Below, one piece after another: positions 1-7,848 of a DNA stretch of 39,296 nucleotides (its first letter is position 1; each line of letters starts with the position of its first letter). The notes below the pieces were generated by a model, which saw nothing but the letters and a program-made list of their open reading frames with translations, ran no database searches and was not told where the DNA came from. This DNA comes from a virus (Duplodnaviria > Heunggongvirae > Uroviricota > Caudoviricetes), in the IMG/VR virus record IMGVR_UViG_2541047784_000014. One strand, written 5' to 3'. Position numbers and translations under genes: made by a program.

Positions 1-516
1 ATGAAATTTAAAAAATGTCTTCTGCCTGTGGCAATGTTAGCGTCATTCACTCTGGCAGGATGCCAGTCAAATGCTGATGATCATGCCGCCGATGTTTATC
101 AAACCGATCAACTGAATACCAAACAAGAAACTAAAACCGTTAATATTATTTCCATTCTTCCCGCAAAAGTTGCCGTAGACAACGCCCAAAATAAACGGAA
201 CGCACAAGCCTTCGGCGCGCTTATTGGCGCTGTCGCTGGCGGTGTTATCGGCCACAACGTCGGGTCTGGCAGCAATTCCGGAACGACGGCAGGTGCAGTT
301 GGCGGCGGAGCTGTAGGCGCGGCAGCGGGTTCTATGGTGAATGATAAAACCTTAGTGGAAGGTGTTTCTTTAACATATAAGGAAGGCACCAAAGTGTATA
401 CCTCCACCCAAGTGGGTAAAGAGTGCCAGTTTACGACAGGTTTAGCCGTTGTTATTACCACGACGTATAACGAAACGCGTATTCAGCCAAATACCAAATG
501 TCCTGAAAAGAGCTAA
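1..516 (+). CDS. yfgH: Host outer-membrane lipoprotein with glycine-zipper region (YfgH-like)
   Basis: ORF from position 1; N-terminal lipoprotein signal with lipobox LAGC; Gly/Ala-rich zipper segment; size (171 aa) and position next to a 179-aa yfgI-like gene and a guaA 3' remnant match the E. coli yfgH-yfgI-guaA neighbourhood. Symbol assigned from synteny and size, not alignment. Confidence 0.7.
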   Translation: MKFKKCLLPVAMLASFTLAGCQSNADDHAADVYQTDQLNTKQETKTVNIISILPAKVAVDNAQNKRNAQAFGALIGAVAGGVIGHNVGSGSNSGTTAGAVGGGAVGAAAGSMVNDKTLVEGVSLTYKEGTKVYTSTQVGKECQFTTGLAVVITTTYNETRIQPNTKCPEKS

Positions 517-531
517 TAATCAGGAGGAGTC

Positions 532-1071
532 ATGAAGAAAGTTTTTCTTTGCGCCATCTTAGCCTCCTTAAGCTATCCGGCTATCGCCTCATCATTGCAG
601 GATCAACTCTCGGCTGTCGCAGAAGCGGAACAGCAAGGTAAAAATGAAGAGCAAAGGCAGCATGACGAATGGGTCGCGGAGCGCAACAGGGAAATCCAGC
701 AAGAGAAGCAACGTCGCGCAAACGCCCAGGCCGCGGCTAATAAAAGAGCGGCAACGGCAGCAGCGAATAAGAAAGCTCGTCAGGATAAACTGGACGCCGA
801 AGCCACTGCGGACAAAAAACGCGATCAAAGTTATGAAGATGAGCTACGTAGCTTAGAGATTCAGAAACAAAAACTGGCGCTGGCGAAAGAAGAAGCCCGC
901 GTTAAGCGCGAAAACGAATTTATCGATCAGGAACTGAAGCACAAAGCTGCGCAAACCGATGTGGTGCAATCTGAAGCTGACGCAAACAGAAATATGACTG
1001 AAGGCGGTCGCGATCTGATGAAAAGCGTGGGTAAAGCAGAAGAGAATAAATCAGATAGCTGGTTTAACTAA
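532..1071 (+). CDS. yfgI: Host secreted coiled-coil protein (YfgI-like)
   Basis: ATG at 532 preceded by AGGAGG; N-terminal signal peptide; Lys/Glu/Ala-rich helical body; 179 aa as for E. coli YfgI; followed by a hairpin terminator. Symbol from synteny and size. Confidence 0.7.
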   Translation: MKKVFLCAILASLSYPAIASSLQDQLSAVAEAEQQGKNEEQRQHDEWVAERNREIQQEKQRRANAQAAANKRAATAAANKKARQDKLDAEATADKKRDQSYEDELRSLEIQKQKLALAKEEARVKRENEFIDQELKHKAAQTDVVQSEADANRNMTEGGRDLMKSVGKAEENKSDSWFN

Positions 1072-1110
1072 ACGATGTTAGTAACTTCAAACCTATAATT
1101 CTTTAGGATA

Positions 1111-1140
1111 AAAAACCCTCTGTAGTAACAGAGGGTTTTG
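1111..1140. terminator. Rho-independent terminator, probably bidirectional
   Basis: Hairpin CCCTCTGT-agta-ACAGAGGG (1116-1135) flanked by an A-run (1111-1115) and a T-run (1136-1139); lies between yfgI and the prophage end. Confidence 0.7.
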
Positions 1141-1163
1141 TTCATTCATAGTGCAGGGTCAAA

Positions 1164-1178
1164 TCATTCCCACTCAAT
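1164..1178 (-). other. Displaced guaA 3' end (att core remnant) at the prophage left junction
   Basis: Reverse complement reads ATT GAG TGG GAA TGA = I-E-W-E-stop, the remembered C-terminus of GMP synthase; the reading frame upstream is immediately broken by a stop, so only the terminal codons are present, as expected for the duplicated core of a 3'-end-integrating element. Confidence 0.6.
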
Positions 1179-1288
1179 TATTTACGGATACCATAACCAA
1201 TTGAGTGATAACATTTTTCCAAAGATGAATTTTTCTCGTACCGTTTTATATACCGTCACCGGAAATCAGTACCATGAAAAATGCCATG

Positions 1289-1771
1289 CTATCTGGTCAG
1301 GGTGTCGTACTGTTTTTCGCAGACTCTTCCGGCTTCGGCTGCCCGGTCAGCATACTCTGCCAGTTGTCTATTTCTCTCGAGAGATTTGCTGAACACGTCG
1401 GCAAGCAAAACTCCGGTGTCTGCGGCTGACGACCCAGCGCCGACAATGGCGTTATAGTGCCTGAGCTGCTCACGGATGGCAACGAGCTGTTGCTGCAACC
1501 GGCCAGCGCGAGCGGCAGCATCAAGAGCATCATTGCGCGCCTGGTCGATCCTCTGCTGAGCTTCACGTTCATTGGTCACTTTCTCCTGTTCGTAGTACTG
1601 ACGAACTTTTTCTTCTTCGGCTTTGCAGTCTTCTTTCGCCTGCGCATACCCGGCGTCGTACTGACGGCTACCGTGTACATTCCAGGCAACAACTCCTGAT
1701 ATGACCAGAACAGCAAGCACTGCCACGATAATCAACTGTTTCCAGTATGCTTTTACGAATGCCCAGATCAT
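1289..1771 (-). CDS. Rz-like i-spanin
   Basis: N-terminal transmembrane segment followed by a coiled-coil periplasmic domain; start overlaps the endolysin stop (ATGA at 1768-1771); last gene of the lysis cassette. Confidence 0.7.
   Translation of the reverse strand: MIWAFVKAYWKQLIIVAVLAVLVISGVVAWNVHGSRQYDAGYAQAKEDCKAEEEKVRQYYEQEKVTNEREAQQRIDQARNDALDAAARAGRLQQQLVAIREQLRHYNAIVGAGSSAADTGVLLADVFSKSLERNRQLAEYADRAAEAGRVCEKQYDTLTR
1297..1572 (-). CDS. Rz1-like o-spanin lipoprotein, embedded in Rz in another frame
   Basis: ORF entirely inside the Rz gene in a different frame; signal peptide ending in lipobox LAGC followed by a Pro/Ser-rich mature peptide. True start may be an internal Met. Confidence 0.55.
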   Translation of the reverse strand: MNVKLSRGSTRRAMMLLMLPLALAGCSNSSLPSVSSSGTITPLSALGRQPQTPEFCLPTCSANLSREIDNWQSMLTGQPKPEESAKNSTTP

Positions 1772-2397
1772 ACCGCCAGCACCTTACTGGCAGTGACGTA
1801 CCGCGCGCGCCGGTCGTCGATGCCATTCCTGCCACCATTGATAATCAGAGTTACACGTGCAATATCGCCGGTATACTTCATGCAACCTTTGCTGGAGAAG
1901 AACCACGCCGCGCTACGAGCCGCGTATTCGTCCTGCGCCAACAGTTCAGGATTCTCCAGCAGGTCCACTTTCAGGCCGTTTCCGCAATCACGATAGTTAT
2001 TCAAACCGGTAATCTGGATAAGTCCGCGGCCACGGTAATTCCAGCCATCGCCGGGGGCATTGTTCCCCATGCGTTTGCTGTACACCAGATTGGCAATCGC
2101 TCGCTGGCGCTCGAGTGGCAATGGTGGTTCACCAGCATGGCGACCCAGTGCATTAGCCTGCCCCTGAGTGAGACGCCCAGCCCGAACGAAGTTAGCCAGT
2201 CCGCTGACACTGTAGTTGAAATTCTCCTGCAACCTGGTGAAGCCCCCAGACTCATGCCCGACTTGAGCAATAAACATTGCCTGATCTTCTGCTTTGCTGA
2301 TACCAAACTCTTTCATCGCAGAAGTTATATGCGAGAACCAGCGTGCGGCCAGCGCCTCGCTAATACCAGCAGCTCGCTGGAATTGTTTAATCTCCAT
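1768..2397 (-). CDS. Endolysin, glycoside hydrolase family 19 (chitinase-like lysozyme)
   Basis: Start set at the internal ATG (MEIKQ...) preceded by GAGGT; motif [12 protein letters not shown]...ENFNYS typical of GH19 catalytic domains; the longer upstream ORF extension overlaps the holin gene and is rejected. Confidence 0.8.
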   Translation of the reverse strand: MEIKQFQRAAGISEALAARWFSHITSAMKEFGISKAEDQAMFIAQVGHESGGFTRLQENFNYSVSGLANFVRAGRLTQGQANALGRHAGEPPLPLERQRAIANLVYSKRMGNNAPGDGWNYRGRGLIQITGLNNYRDCGNGLKVDLLENPELLAQDEYAARSAAWFFSSKGCMKYTGDIARVTLIINGGRNGIDDRRARYVTASKVLAV

Positions 2398-2695
2398 GTT
2401 TAGACCTCGATATTTTGAAAATCTGAACAACGTTACCGCGTGTTTTAATAACCGCGGCAAGCATGACAGCGTTGATAATGACCTCAGATAAATCCACAGC
2501 CATTGGCGTGCGTAACCAGATTGCATAGACGACACGAACAGGAATACTGGCCGCAGCAACAATAAGGAAATAAGCAAGCCACCCTCCCCATCTTCGATGT
2601 TGAGAGCCGTTACGCCGGAATGTGACAACGCGAATTGCTATGCCAGTACAAATAACTGCATTGGTGATAAGCAAAAAAAACTCATGCGTTACCAT
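2387..2695 (-). CDS. Holin-like membrane protein (3 predicted TM segments)
   Basis: Small hydrophobic protein immediately upstream of the endolysin with overlapping stop/start; typical holin/antiholin position. Confidence 0.55.
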   Translation of the reverse strand: MVTHEFFLLITNAVICTGIAIRVVTFRRNGSQHRRWGGWLAYFLIVAAASIPVRVVYAIWLRTPMAVDLSEVIINAVMLAAVIKTRGNVVQIFKISRSKHGD

Positions 2696-3086
2696 CGTCT
2701 TTTCTCCCCGGAATTAAATCGCGTGGATTGTCTGAACGGTGGTAGAGCCATATACCAATACGCACAGCGACAATTGCTGACACGAATGCGCCAGCAGAGA
2801 AAACAATCCCTTTTTCAAAAGAGTCCTGCGTGATGGTAGGGATCAGGCTGGCTATGCCGATAAGAATTGATGCTGCTGGTTTGTAGAAAAGAAGTCCACA
2901 GAGAAAGCTAAGCATCGATAAGAGTACGCGACGATGAATTGGGTACTCTACCGCAGAGGTAACAAAAATTACCGCACCAGCAAGAGCACCGAGCGCCACC
3001 TCTGGCGGAACGCCTACGATAACTGCAGCAAGAGAGCTCACACTAAGCCATTGATTTAAAGAATCAGTAGTTAGATGGGCTGACAT
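2682..3086 (-). CDS. Holin-like membrane protein (about 4 predicted TM segments)
   Basis: Hydrophobic 134-aa product from the first ATG (MSAHL...); first gene of the lysis cassette. Start uncertain: an AAGGAG lies 25 nt upstream and a GTG three codons upstream is possible. Confidence 0.55.
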   Translation of the reverse strand: MSAHLTTDSLNQWLSVSSLAAVIVGVPPEVALGALAGAVIFVTSAVEYPIHRRVLLSMLSFLCGLLFYKPAASILIGIASLIPTITQDSFEKGIVFSAGAFVSAIVAVRIGIWLYHRSDNPRDLIPGRKDDGNA

Positions 3087-3249
3087 AATGAACACCGTTT
3101 ATTACGCATAACAATCTCCTTACTATTGAAGATTCACACATAATAAACCATTTAAGGATAATAGTTACCTCAAAACGCTGTATTTCTACCTTCTACGGCA
3201 ATGAAAATTTCGTTCAGAAAATGGTCTAGTGTACCTCTCAGTCACAATT

Positions 3250-3294
3250 AAAGAAGAAAGAAGCCGAACTTACTTCGTAATAAGCAAGCCGGCT
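3250..3294 (-). terminator. Putative terminator downstream of the tailspike gene
   Basis: Imperfect hairpin (AGCCG ... CGGCT with internal pairing) followed on the minus strand by a U/C-rich tract (UCUUUCUUCUUU). Confidence 0.35.
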
Positions 3295-3315
3295 ACTAAG
3301 ATTAATCCTCAATAT

Positions 3316-6072
3316 TTAGCTACTTTCAAGCATTGCAAGACGTGATTCTATTTTTTCGATTCTTCTACGCAAATAAGCTGACTCAAGCCATAAACACTGG
3401 TCAGTACGGATACCCCACCTATTTCCAGCCTTGCAAACCAGAGTTCGCTCTTCTGTTTCGTATTCTTCTTCCATCTCAATTTCGACGCCATCCACAACTT
3501 TAGTGATCATCCTTACCGCCATCACTGGCGCGTATTTATCATCCCATTCATCGTAACAGAGAAGGCCAAATCTGGTTCCATCAATCCCATGCGCGAGGAA
3601 AGTGTCTCTCACTTGTTGTGCTATAACACCAAAATGCCAGCGGGCACCATCTCCCTTTTCCCTGACGGCATCAAGCCAGCGAAAAGCTACAATCCTGATA
3701 TCTCCCCATGCATCCAGAATTGCATCACCTTCATAACCACGAGACATATACAAGCTGAGCTCACTTGTACTAATCGGTTCACTTTTTTCTCTACCATCTG
3801 ATGTGTTTATCGAACCGTTCGCAGAATAAACCTGTGCCCATCTAAATGATGGTGCACCAAGAGATTTGCTGTTATCAATAATTGGTGAAAAATTACCTTT
3901 AATGGCAATATTTCCAGAGTCGCCGAATATATTAATAACTGCAGAGTCATCACCATGGTTTTTTACGCTTAAGTTTCTTGATGAAATATTTATATCTTTG
4001 TTATATCCACTAACATTAATCCATCTTTTACCATCAATGTGATACCCGTAAATATTTCCGTCTGATTGTTCGTCAGGTGACTCTCTAAGAACAATAGCAT
4101 CTGCTCCAGACGACCATTGTATTTTTGTATCTGTAGGCCTCCAGTTCTTTATAATGAACGAACCATCAGTAAACTCCGTTTTTATTTGTCTATTGTCTAC
4201 AAATGCGTCTCTTGGTTTAAACTCACTTGTGTTAACGCTGCTCTGAAGATCAGAAGCAAAAAATCTAAGATTTCCTGTATAACCCTGAGTCTCGGTCTGG
4301 TTATACGCAATCATAATTCCATTTTCAAACTCAGATGATGTTATTTTAACATCACGGCAATCACCAAAAATGCAATTTCCTTTATCAAATGTTGTTTGAG
4401 CTTTGAATTTATCAAACCTTAAATTACGAACAGGGAAACCATCAACCTCTAATGCAAAGGATGCAGGAAGGCCAAAGTATTCTGATGGCTTACCTGATGT
4501 ATGATCAAGAGTAGTGGCTACTGTATTCTCAAAAACAGTCCCGCTAAAATTATTACCAATTGACGGAAACCTGATTACACTTATTGTACCTTGTATTTCA
4601 GGAGAAATACCAGATAGTGTGATGTTAGCTCCATCAAATGATGCATCTGAATACGTATATACTGATTCACTGCCAGCAATTTTAAACTGTTTAACTGAAG
4701 TTATTCTCATCGACTTTTTATGTTTAAATGTCACTGAGCTTTCAGTATTACTTACAAGATCAATCTGAGGGCTATTCCTTATCGCGATCCCTGACTGGAC
4801 ATAAACGTTATTAAAGTGCGTTTTTTCAGGATTTCCCTTCATTGAAAGGCTCCCGTCATTTTCTGTCAGTAGTAGTCCTTTTACCCTCCAATAGCCGACA
4901 ATCTGTACGTTATCAATAACTGAATCACAGCTATCGTATACATGCAACCCTATATCCCAGTCATCACCCAATGAATAAGAATCAGGGTTATTGTATCCTT
5001 CAATACCATTTTTACTTACCATTATTCTCAGGTTGCGTAACTGTGATGCCCTGTTGATACTAACAGCTACGCTCATGGCTTTTGGTGTAGCAGGAGTAAC
5101 ACCTACAGAATCTTCATTTGTAAACTCAGTGAACTTACAAGATATCCCTTCAACAATTTTAATTGGTCTTTCATTAGAGATGTTAAAAAAATATTTGTTT
5201 TTTTCTCCATCACCAGTAAATACAAGATGGGTTCCTTTACTCCAACTTTTTAATAATCTTTCAGGCGCTGGTCTATATGTATCCCAATAATCAATGCCAT
5301 CACCAATTAAAGACACTCCAGGAGGCACATCTATGTTCTTAGAAATCATCCATTTACCTGCAGGTATTCTAACGACACTTGCACCAGAATTTATCGCATT
5401 AATTAACCATTCAGACGCATCAACTTCAAAATTTAATGCAGCATATCTTTGCTCAAACGGAACAAAATCAAGAGCGTTAACGTTATCCCGCATCTTATCC
5501 TGGAACGTTCGGTATACTGCTCCAGAACCATACTGAATAAACCAACCAAAACCACCAACAACTCCGGCGATTGCAGCATCAACATAATTACGCATTGAGC
5601 GATTATTTACAGCATCCTGCTCAAGTGATGGATCTGCAAGGTTAGAAATTCTGTTTTGCTTTGCATCGTAATATTTTGCAAGCAAAGATGGTTTCATCAA
5701 TGCACGTCTGAACCACCCAAAACATTGCTGGATCAGCATCGTCAGGTAGTCAAAAGCATCTTCATGCACTTCGGGGAAAAATTTTCCCTGATTGCGAAGG
5801 TCTGTCTCCTGCACTACATCAAGCACACGATCTATCGTAATTCGCCATCCAGCAGCAAGCGGCGACGGAAGAACAACAGAACCGCCACTATAAGTGCCCG
5901 CCCCAGTTACCGTATAACCGGTATCCAGAACCAATTCTGTTACGTTCCCGTTCAGGTCAGACACCTGAACAACCAGGTCGGATTTTTTGAAAATACGGAA
6001 GGTATACGGAAATGATGTCGTAGCGCCGTTACCGGTGTATTCGTTGTGGTCAACTTCGGTTGAGACCGTCAT
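3316..6072 (-). CDS. Tailspike / tail fibre with T7 gp17-like N-terminal tail-attachment domain and C-terminal S74-type intramolecular chaperone domain
   Basis: GGAG 9 nt before the ATG; N-terminus (YTGNGATTSFPYTFRIF..DLVV) resembles the T7 tail-fibre N-terminal domain; AT-rich central receptor-binding region; C-terminus carries SDGREK and HFGVIAQQV motifs typical of auto-cleaving chaperone domains. Confidence 0.85.
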   Translation of the reverse strand: MTVSTEVDHNEYTGNGATTSFPYTFRIFKKSDLVVQVSDLNGNVTELVLDTGYTVTGAGTYSGGSVVLPSPLAAGWRITIDRVLDVVQETDLRNQGKFFPEVHEDAFDYLTMLIQQCFGWFRRALMKPSLLAKYYDAKQNRISNLADPSLEQDAVNNRSMRNYVDAAIAGVVGGFGWFIQYGSGAVYRTFQDKMRDNVNALDFVPFEQRYAALNFEVDASEWLINAINSGASVVRIPAGKWMISKNIDVPPGVSLIGDGIDYWDTYRPAPERLLKSWSKGTHLVFTGDGEKNKYFFNISNERPIKIVEGISCKFTEFTNEDSVGVTPATPKAMSVAVSINRASQLRNLRIMVSKNGIEGYNNPDSYSLGDDWDIGLHVYDSCDSVIDNVQIVGYWRVKGLLLTENDGSLSMKGNPEKTHFNNVYVQSGIAIRNSPQIDLVSNTESSVTFKHKKSMRITSVKQFKIAGSESVYTYSDASFDGANITLSGISPEIQGTISVIRFPSIGNNFSGTVFENTVATTLDHTSGKPSEYFGLPASFALEVDGFPVRNLRFDKFKAQTTFDKGNCIFGDCRDVKITSSEFENGIMIAYNQTETQGYTGNLRFFASDLQSSVNTSEFKPRDAFVDNRQIKTEFTDGSFIIKNWRPTDTKIQWSSGADAIVLRESPDEQSDGNIYGYHIDGKRWINVSGYNKDINISSRNLSVKNHGDDSAVINIFGDSGNIAIKGNFSPIIDNSKSLGAPSFRWAQVYSANGSINTSDGREKSEPISTSELSLYMSRGYEGDAILDAWGDIRIVAFRWLDAVREKGDGARWHFGVIAQQVRDTFLAHGIDGTRFGLLCYDEWDDKYAPVMAVRMITKVVDGVEIEMEEEYETEERTLVCKAGNRWGIRTDQCLWLESAYLRRRIEKIESRLAMLESS

Positions 6073-6175
6073 GTTAAATCTCCAGATAGTCGCAGCACCC
6101 GTTGCGCCGCATATCTGGTTATTCTATTACCTGAAAAACCACATATGGATAGATAATCCATAAATACGAAAAGAT

Positions 6176-6192
6176 ATTACCTTTCAGGTAAT
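6176..6192. promoter_or_regulatory. Dyad operator-like site ATTACCTTTCAGGTAAT
   Basis: Perfect 6-bp inverted arms around a 5-bp spacer; member of a motif family found at about twelve intergenic sites; sits between the tailspike start and the LexA-box promoter. Confidence 0.5.
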
Positions 6193-6230
6193 TTGCAAAA
6201 CGTGCTGGATAGCAAACAAATTATTTGCTA

Positions 6231-6246
6231 CTGTATAAATATACAG
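6231..6246. promoter_or_regulatory. LexA (SOS) box CTGTATAAATATACAG
   Basis: CTGT-N8-ACAG with an AT-rich centre, near-identical to the E. coli consensus TACTGTATATATATACAGTA; 22 nt upstream of the ATG at 6268; an internal TATAAAT could be the -10 element. Confidence 0.7.
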
Positions 6247-6267
6247 TTATTGCATGGAGAAGATAAG

Positions 6268-6525
6268 ATGCAGCAGTATCACTATCCACTGGAAGACGGA
6301 TTTACCGAAAGGATTCACACGCCGGGAGGCGTCAGGTCACTGGTGGAGGGATCGCACTTGATGAAATTACTCCGGGATCTCGATAAGGATGGATTTAATG
6401 TCGATGGCCCACTTGCCGAACTGACTGCACTGATTAACTACGTCACCAGCTCACAGATGTCTATGCAGGATCTGCAAACACATCTCGACTATTGTGCCGA
6501 ACAATTACGAAAGCAAACCAGATAA
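6268..6525 (+). CDS. Small antirepressor-like protein, paralog of the C-terminal domain of the adjacent Bro-N antirepressor
   Basis: ATG with GGAG 10 nt upstream; residues TPGGVRSLVEGSHLMKLLRDL...DLQTHLDYCAEQ parallel SPSGVLGLTENSLLMNLLNQL...DIQTHAEYINDK at the end of the 6839-7531 product; directly downstream of the LexA box. Confidence 0.6.
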   Translation: MQQYHYPLEDGFTERIHTPGGVRSLVEGSHLMKLLRDLDKDGFNVDGPLAELTALINYVTSSQMSMQDLQTHLDYCAEQLRKQTR

Positions 6526-6555
6526 GGTTTGCAATTACCAAGTGGAGTGCTTATA

Positions 6556-6572
6556 TTTACCTTTGCGGTAAA
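6556..6572. promoter_or_regulatory. Dyad operator-like site TTTACCTTTGCGGTAAA
   Basis: Same motif family; nested in a longer inverted repeat GGAGTGC...GCACTCC (6544-6587). Confidence 0.45.
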
Positions 6573-6664
6573 TTTACATCGCACTCCTCTTGTGCCATAG
6601 TAATCGGGCACTGGCAAAATCCAGTGCCGGGATTGGTCTCCCGGATTACTACAGAGGCACATAT

Positions 6665-6684
6665 GCCGCATAAGCGGTTTTTTT
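6665..6684 (+). terminator. Putative Rho-independent terminator
   Basis: Short hairpin CCGC-ataa-GCGG followed by seven T; preceded by a stable hairpin GGCACTGG-caaaat-CCAGTGCC (6607-6628). Confidence 0.45.
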
Positions 6685-6838
6685 ATGTGTAAAGCGCACC
6701 TATTCTATGGTGGGCTGTGTGGGGGCACCGAAAGGTGCGCCGGGTTCCTTTGTAGCCGGTAAGACCAACTCTGCACAGTTCACCACCATCTGATTGGTCT
6801 CAGCGGTGGTGATTAACCTAACTACAAAGGTGATCGCC

Positions 6839-7531
6839 ATGAATACCAAACCTTCCATCTTTTCCTTTGAGTCATCCTGCCAGATCCGTATGTTCATGAT
6901 TGACGGAGAACCTTGGTTTGTCACCAAAGATGTGTGCAATGCTTTGAATATTGATGTTACACAAGCGAGAAAACTTGATAAAAAAGGCTGGAACAAAAAG
7001 GGGCTGTATTCAATACAGACCCCTGGTGGAATACAAGAACTATCCATCGTTTCAGAATCAGGTCTCTACATCCTTATTCTGCGTTGCAAAGAGGCTATGA
7101 CAGAGGGAACGAGAGCATTCAGATTTCTTGAATGGGTTACAGGTGAGGTTCTTCCTCAGATCCGCCGCACCGGAAGTTACATTAAAAACTCGCTCCCGCA
7201 GGAAGAACGCATAAAGATGGTTGCCGACCAGGTAGCCAACGCCACGGCGTCAGCAGTAATGCAGGCGATGAAGATAGAGAACAAAACCTACAGTGCCCCG
7301 CTGAAGCCCGGCTACCGCAGCCTGATTCACTCGCCGTCTGGTGTTCTCGGCCTGACGGAGAACTCACTGCTGATGAATCTGCTGAACCAGTTACAGGAAG
7401 ACGGGCACGACGTATCGGGCGCGGCGGCGGAGCTGACCACCATGTTCTGCTACATCGTCGGTGTGAGTAAATGCCTGCGTGATATCCAGACGCACGCGGA
7501 GTACATCAACGACAAGGCTGGGTTCTTCTGA
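6839..7531 (+). CDS. Antirepressor with Bro-N domain
   Basis: Start set at the ATG (MNTKPSIFSF...) with AAGGTG 8 nt upstream; N-terminus has the Bro-N pattern (F.F......R....DGEPWF.A.DV...L); C-terminal domain is paralogous to the 6268-6525 product. Confidence 0.8.
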   Translation: MNTKPSIFSFESSCQIRMFMIDGEPWFVTKDVCNALNIDVTQARKLDKKGWNKKGLYSIQTPGGIQELSIVSESGLYILILRCKEAMTEGTRAFRFLEWVTGEVLPQIRRTGSYIKNSLPQEERIKMVADQVANATASAVMQAMKIENKTYSAPLKPGYRSLIHSPSGVLGLTENSLLMNLLNQLQEDGHDVSGAAAELTTMFCYIVGVSKCLRDIQTHAEYINDKAGFF

Positions 7532-7596
7532 CGGGCGGCGGCACATGGATGTGCCTTTAAAATAATCATTGGCGATGTGATGTAGATTCGCGTAAT

Positions 7597-7613
7597 ATTA
7601 CCTTAAAGGTAAA
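7597..7613. promoter_or_regulatory. Dyad operator-like site ATTACCTTAAAGGTAAA
   Basis: Same motif family; 26 nt upstream of the ATG at 7639, close to its strong ribosome-binding site. Confidence 0.45.
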
Positions 7614-7638
7614 CCATGTGTTTACATGAGGAGGAGAT

Positions 7639-7848
7639 ATGGGATTTTGGTTCGCTCGTACAAAAACGAGGGATAATGCACCCAGCCCTCAGGCAAAAAA
7701 TGCAGAAGTTCCGGCGTCAGCGCAGGTTAACAAGCGTGGTGGAGTATATATCTCATCACAGCAAATTTCTGAGCTTCCTGAGGTTAAGGAGATGCGTCGT
7801 CTCGCTGCTGCAATTGTTAAACAGGATCTTGCCACTGTAAGGAAGTAG
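7639..7848 (+). CDS. Hypothetical small protein (69 aa), first gene of an accessory two-gene operon
   Basis: ATG preceded by GAGGAGGAG; stop TAG overlaps the GTG of the next gene (TAGTG). Confidence 0.6.
   Translation: MGFWFARTKTRDNAPSPQAKNAEVPASAQVNKRGGVYISSQQISELPEVKEMRRLAAAIVKQDLATVRK

Noticed and set aside
1138-1392. 84-aa plus-strand ORF spanning the att junction and the end of Rz
   Set aside because: It starts with TTG inside the terminator T-run, has no ribosome-binding site, and crosses the host-phage junction and the Rz gene.
2398-2628. N-terminal extension of the endolysin ORF (track start at 2628)
   Set aside because: The extension overlaps the holin-like gene in another frame and has non-protein-like composition; the internal ATG at 2397 has a GAGGT ribosome-binding site and begins the conserved GH19 domain.
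3096-3240. Sigma-70 promoter call for the lysis cassette
   Set aside because: Several partial -35/-10 candidates exist but none has consensus spacing, so no promoter was annotated.
6631-6801. Repeated decamer GATTGGTCTC (6631-6640 and 6792-6801) upstream of two ATG codons
   Set aside because: Only two copies with unequal spacing to the downstream ATGs; too weak to call a regulatory element.
6700-7047. 115-aa minus-strand ORF overlapping the Bro-N antirepressor start region
   Set aside because: Overlaps the antirepressor leader and N-terminus in antisense with no ribosome-binding site; an antisense RNA is possible but a protein is unlikely.
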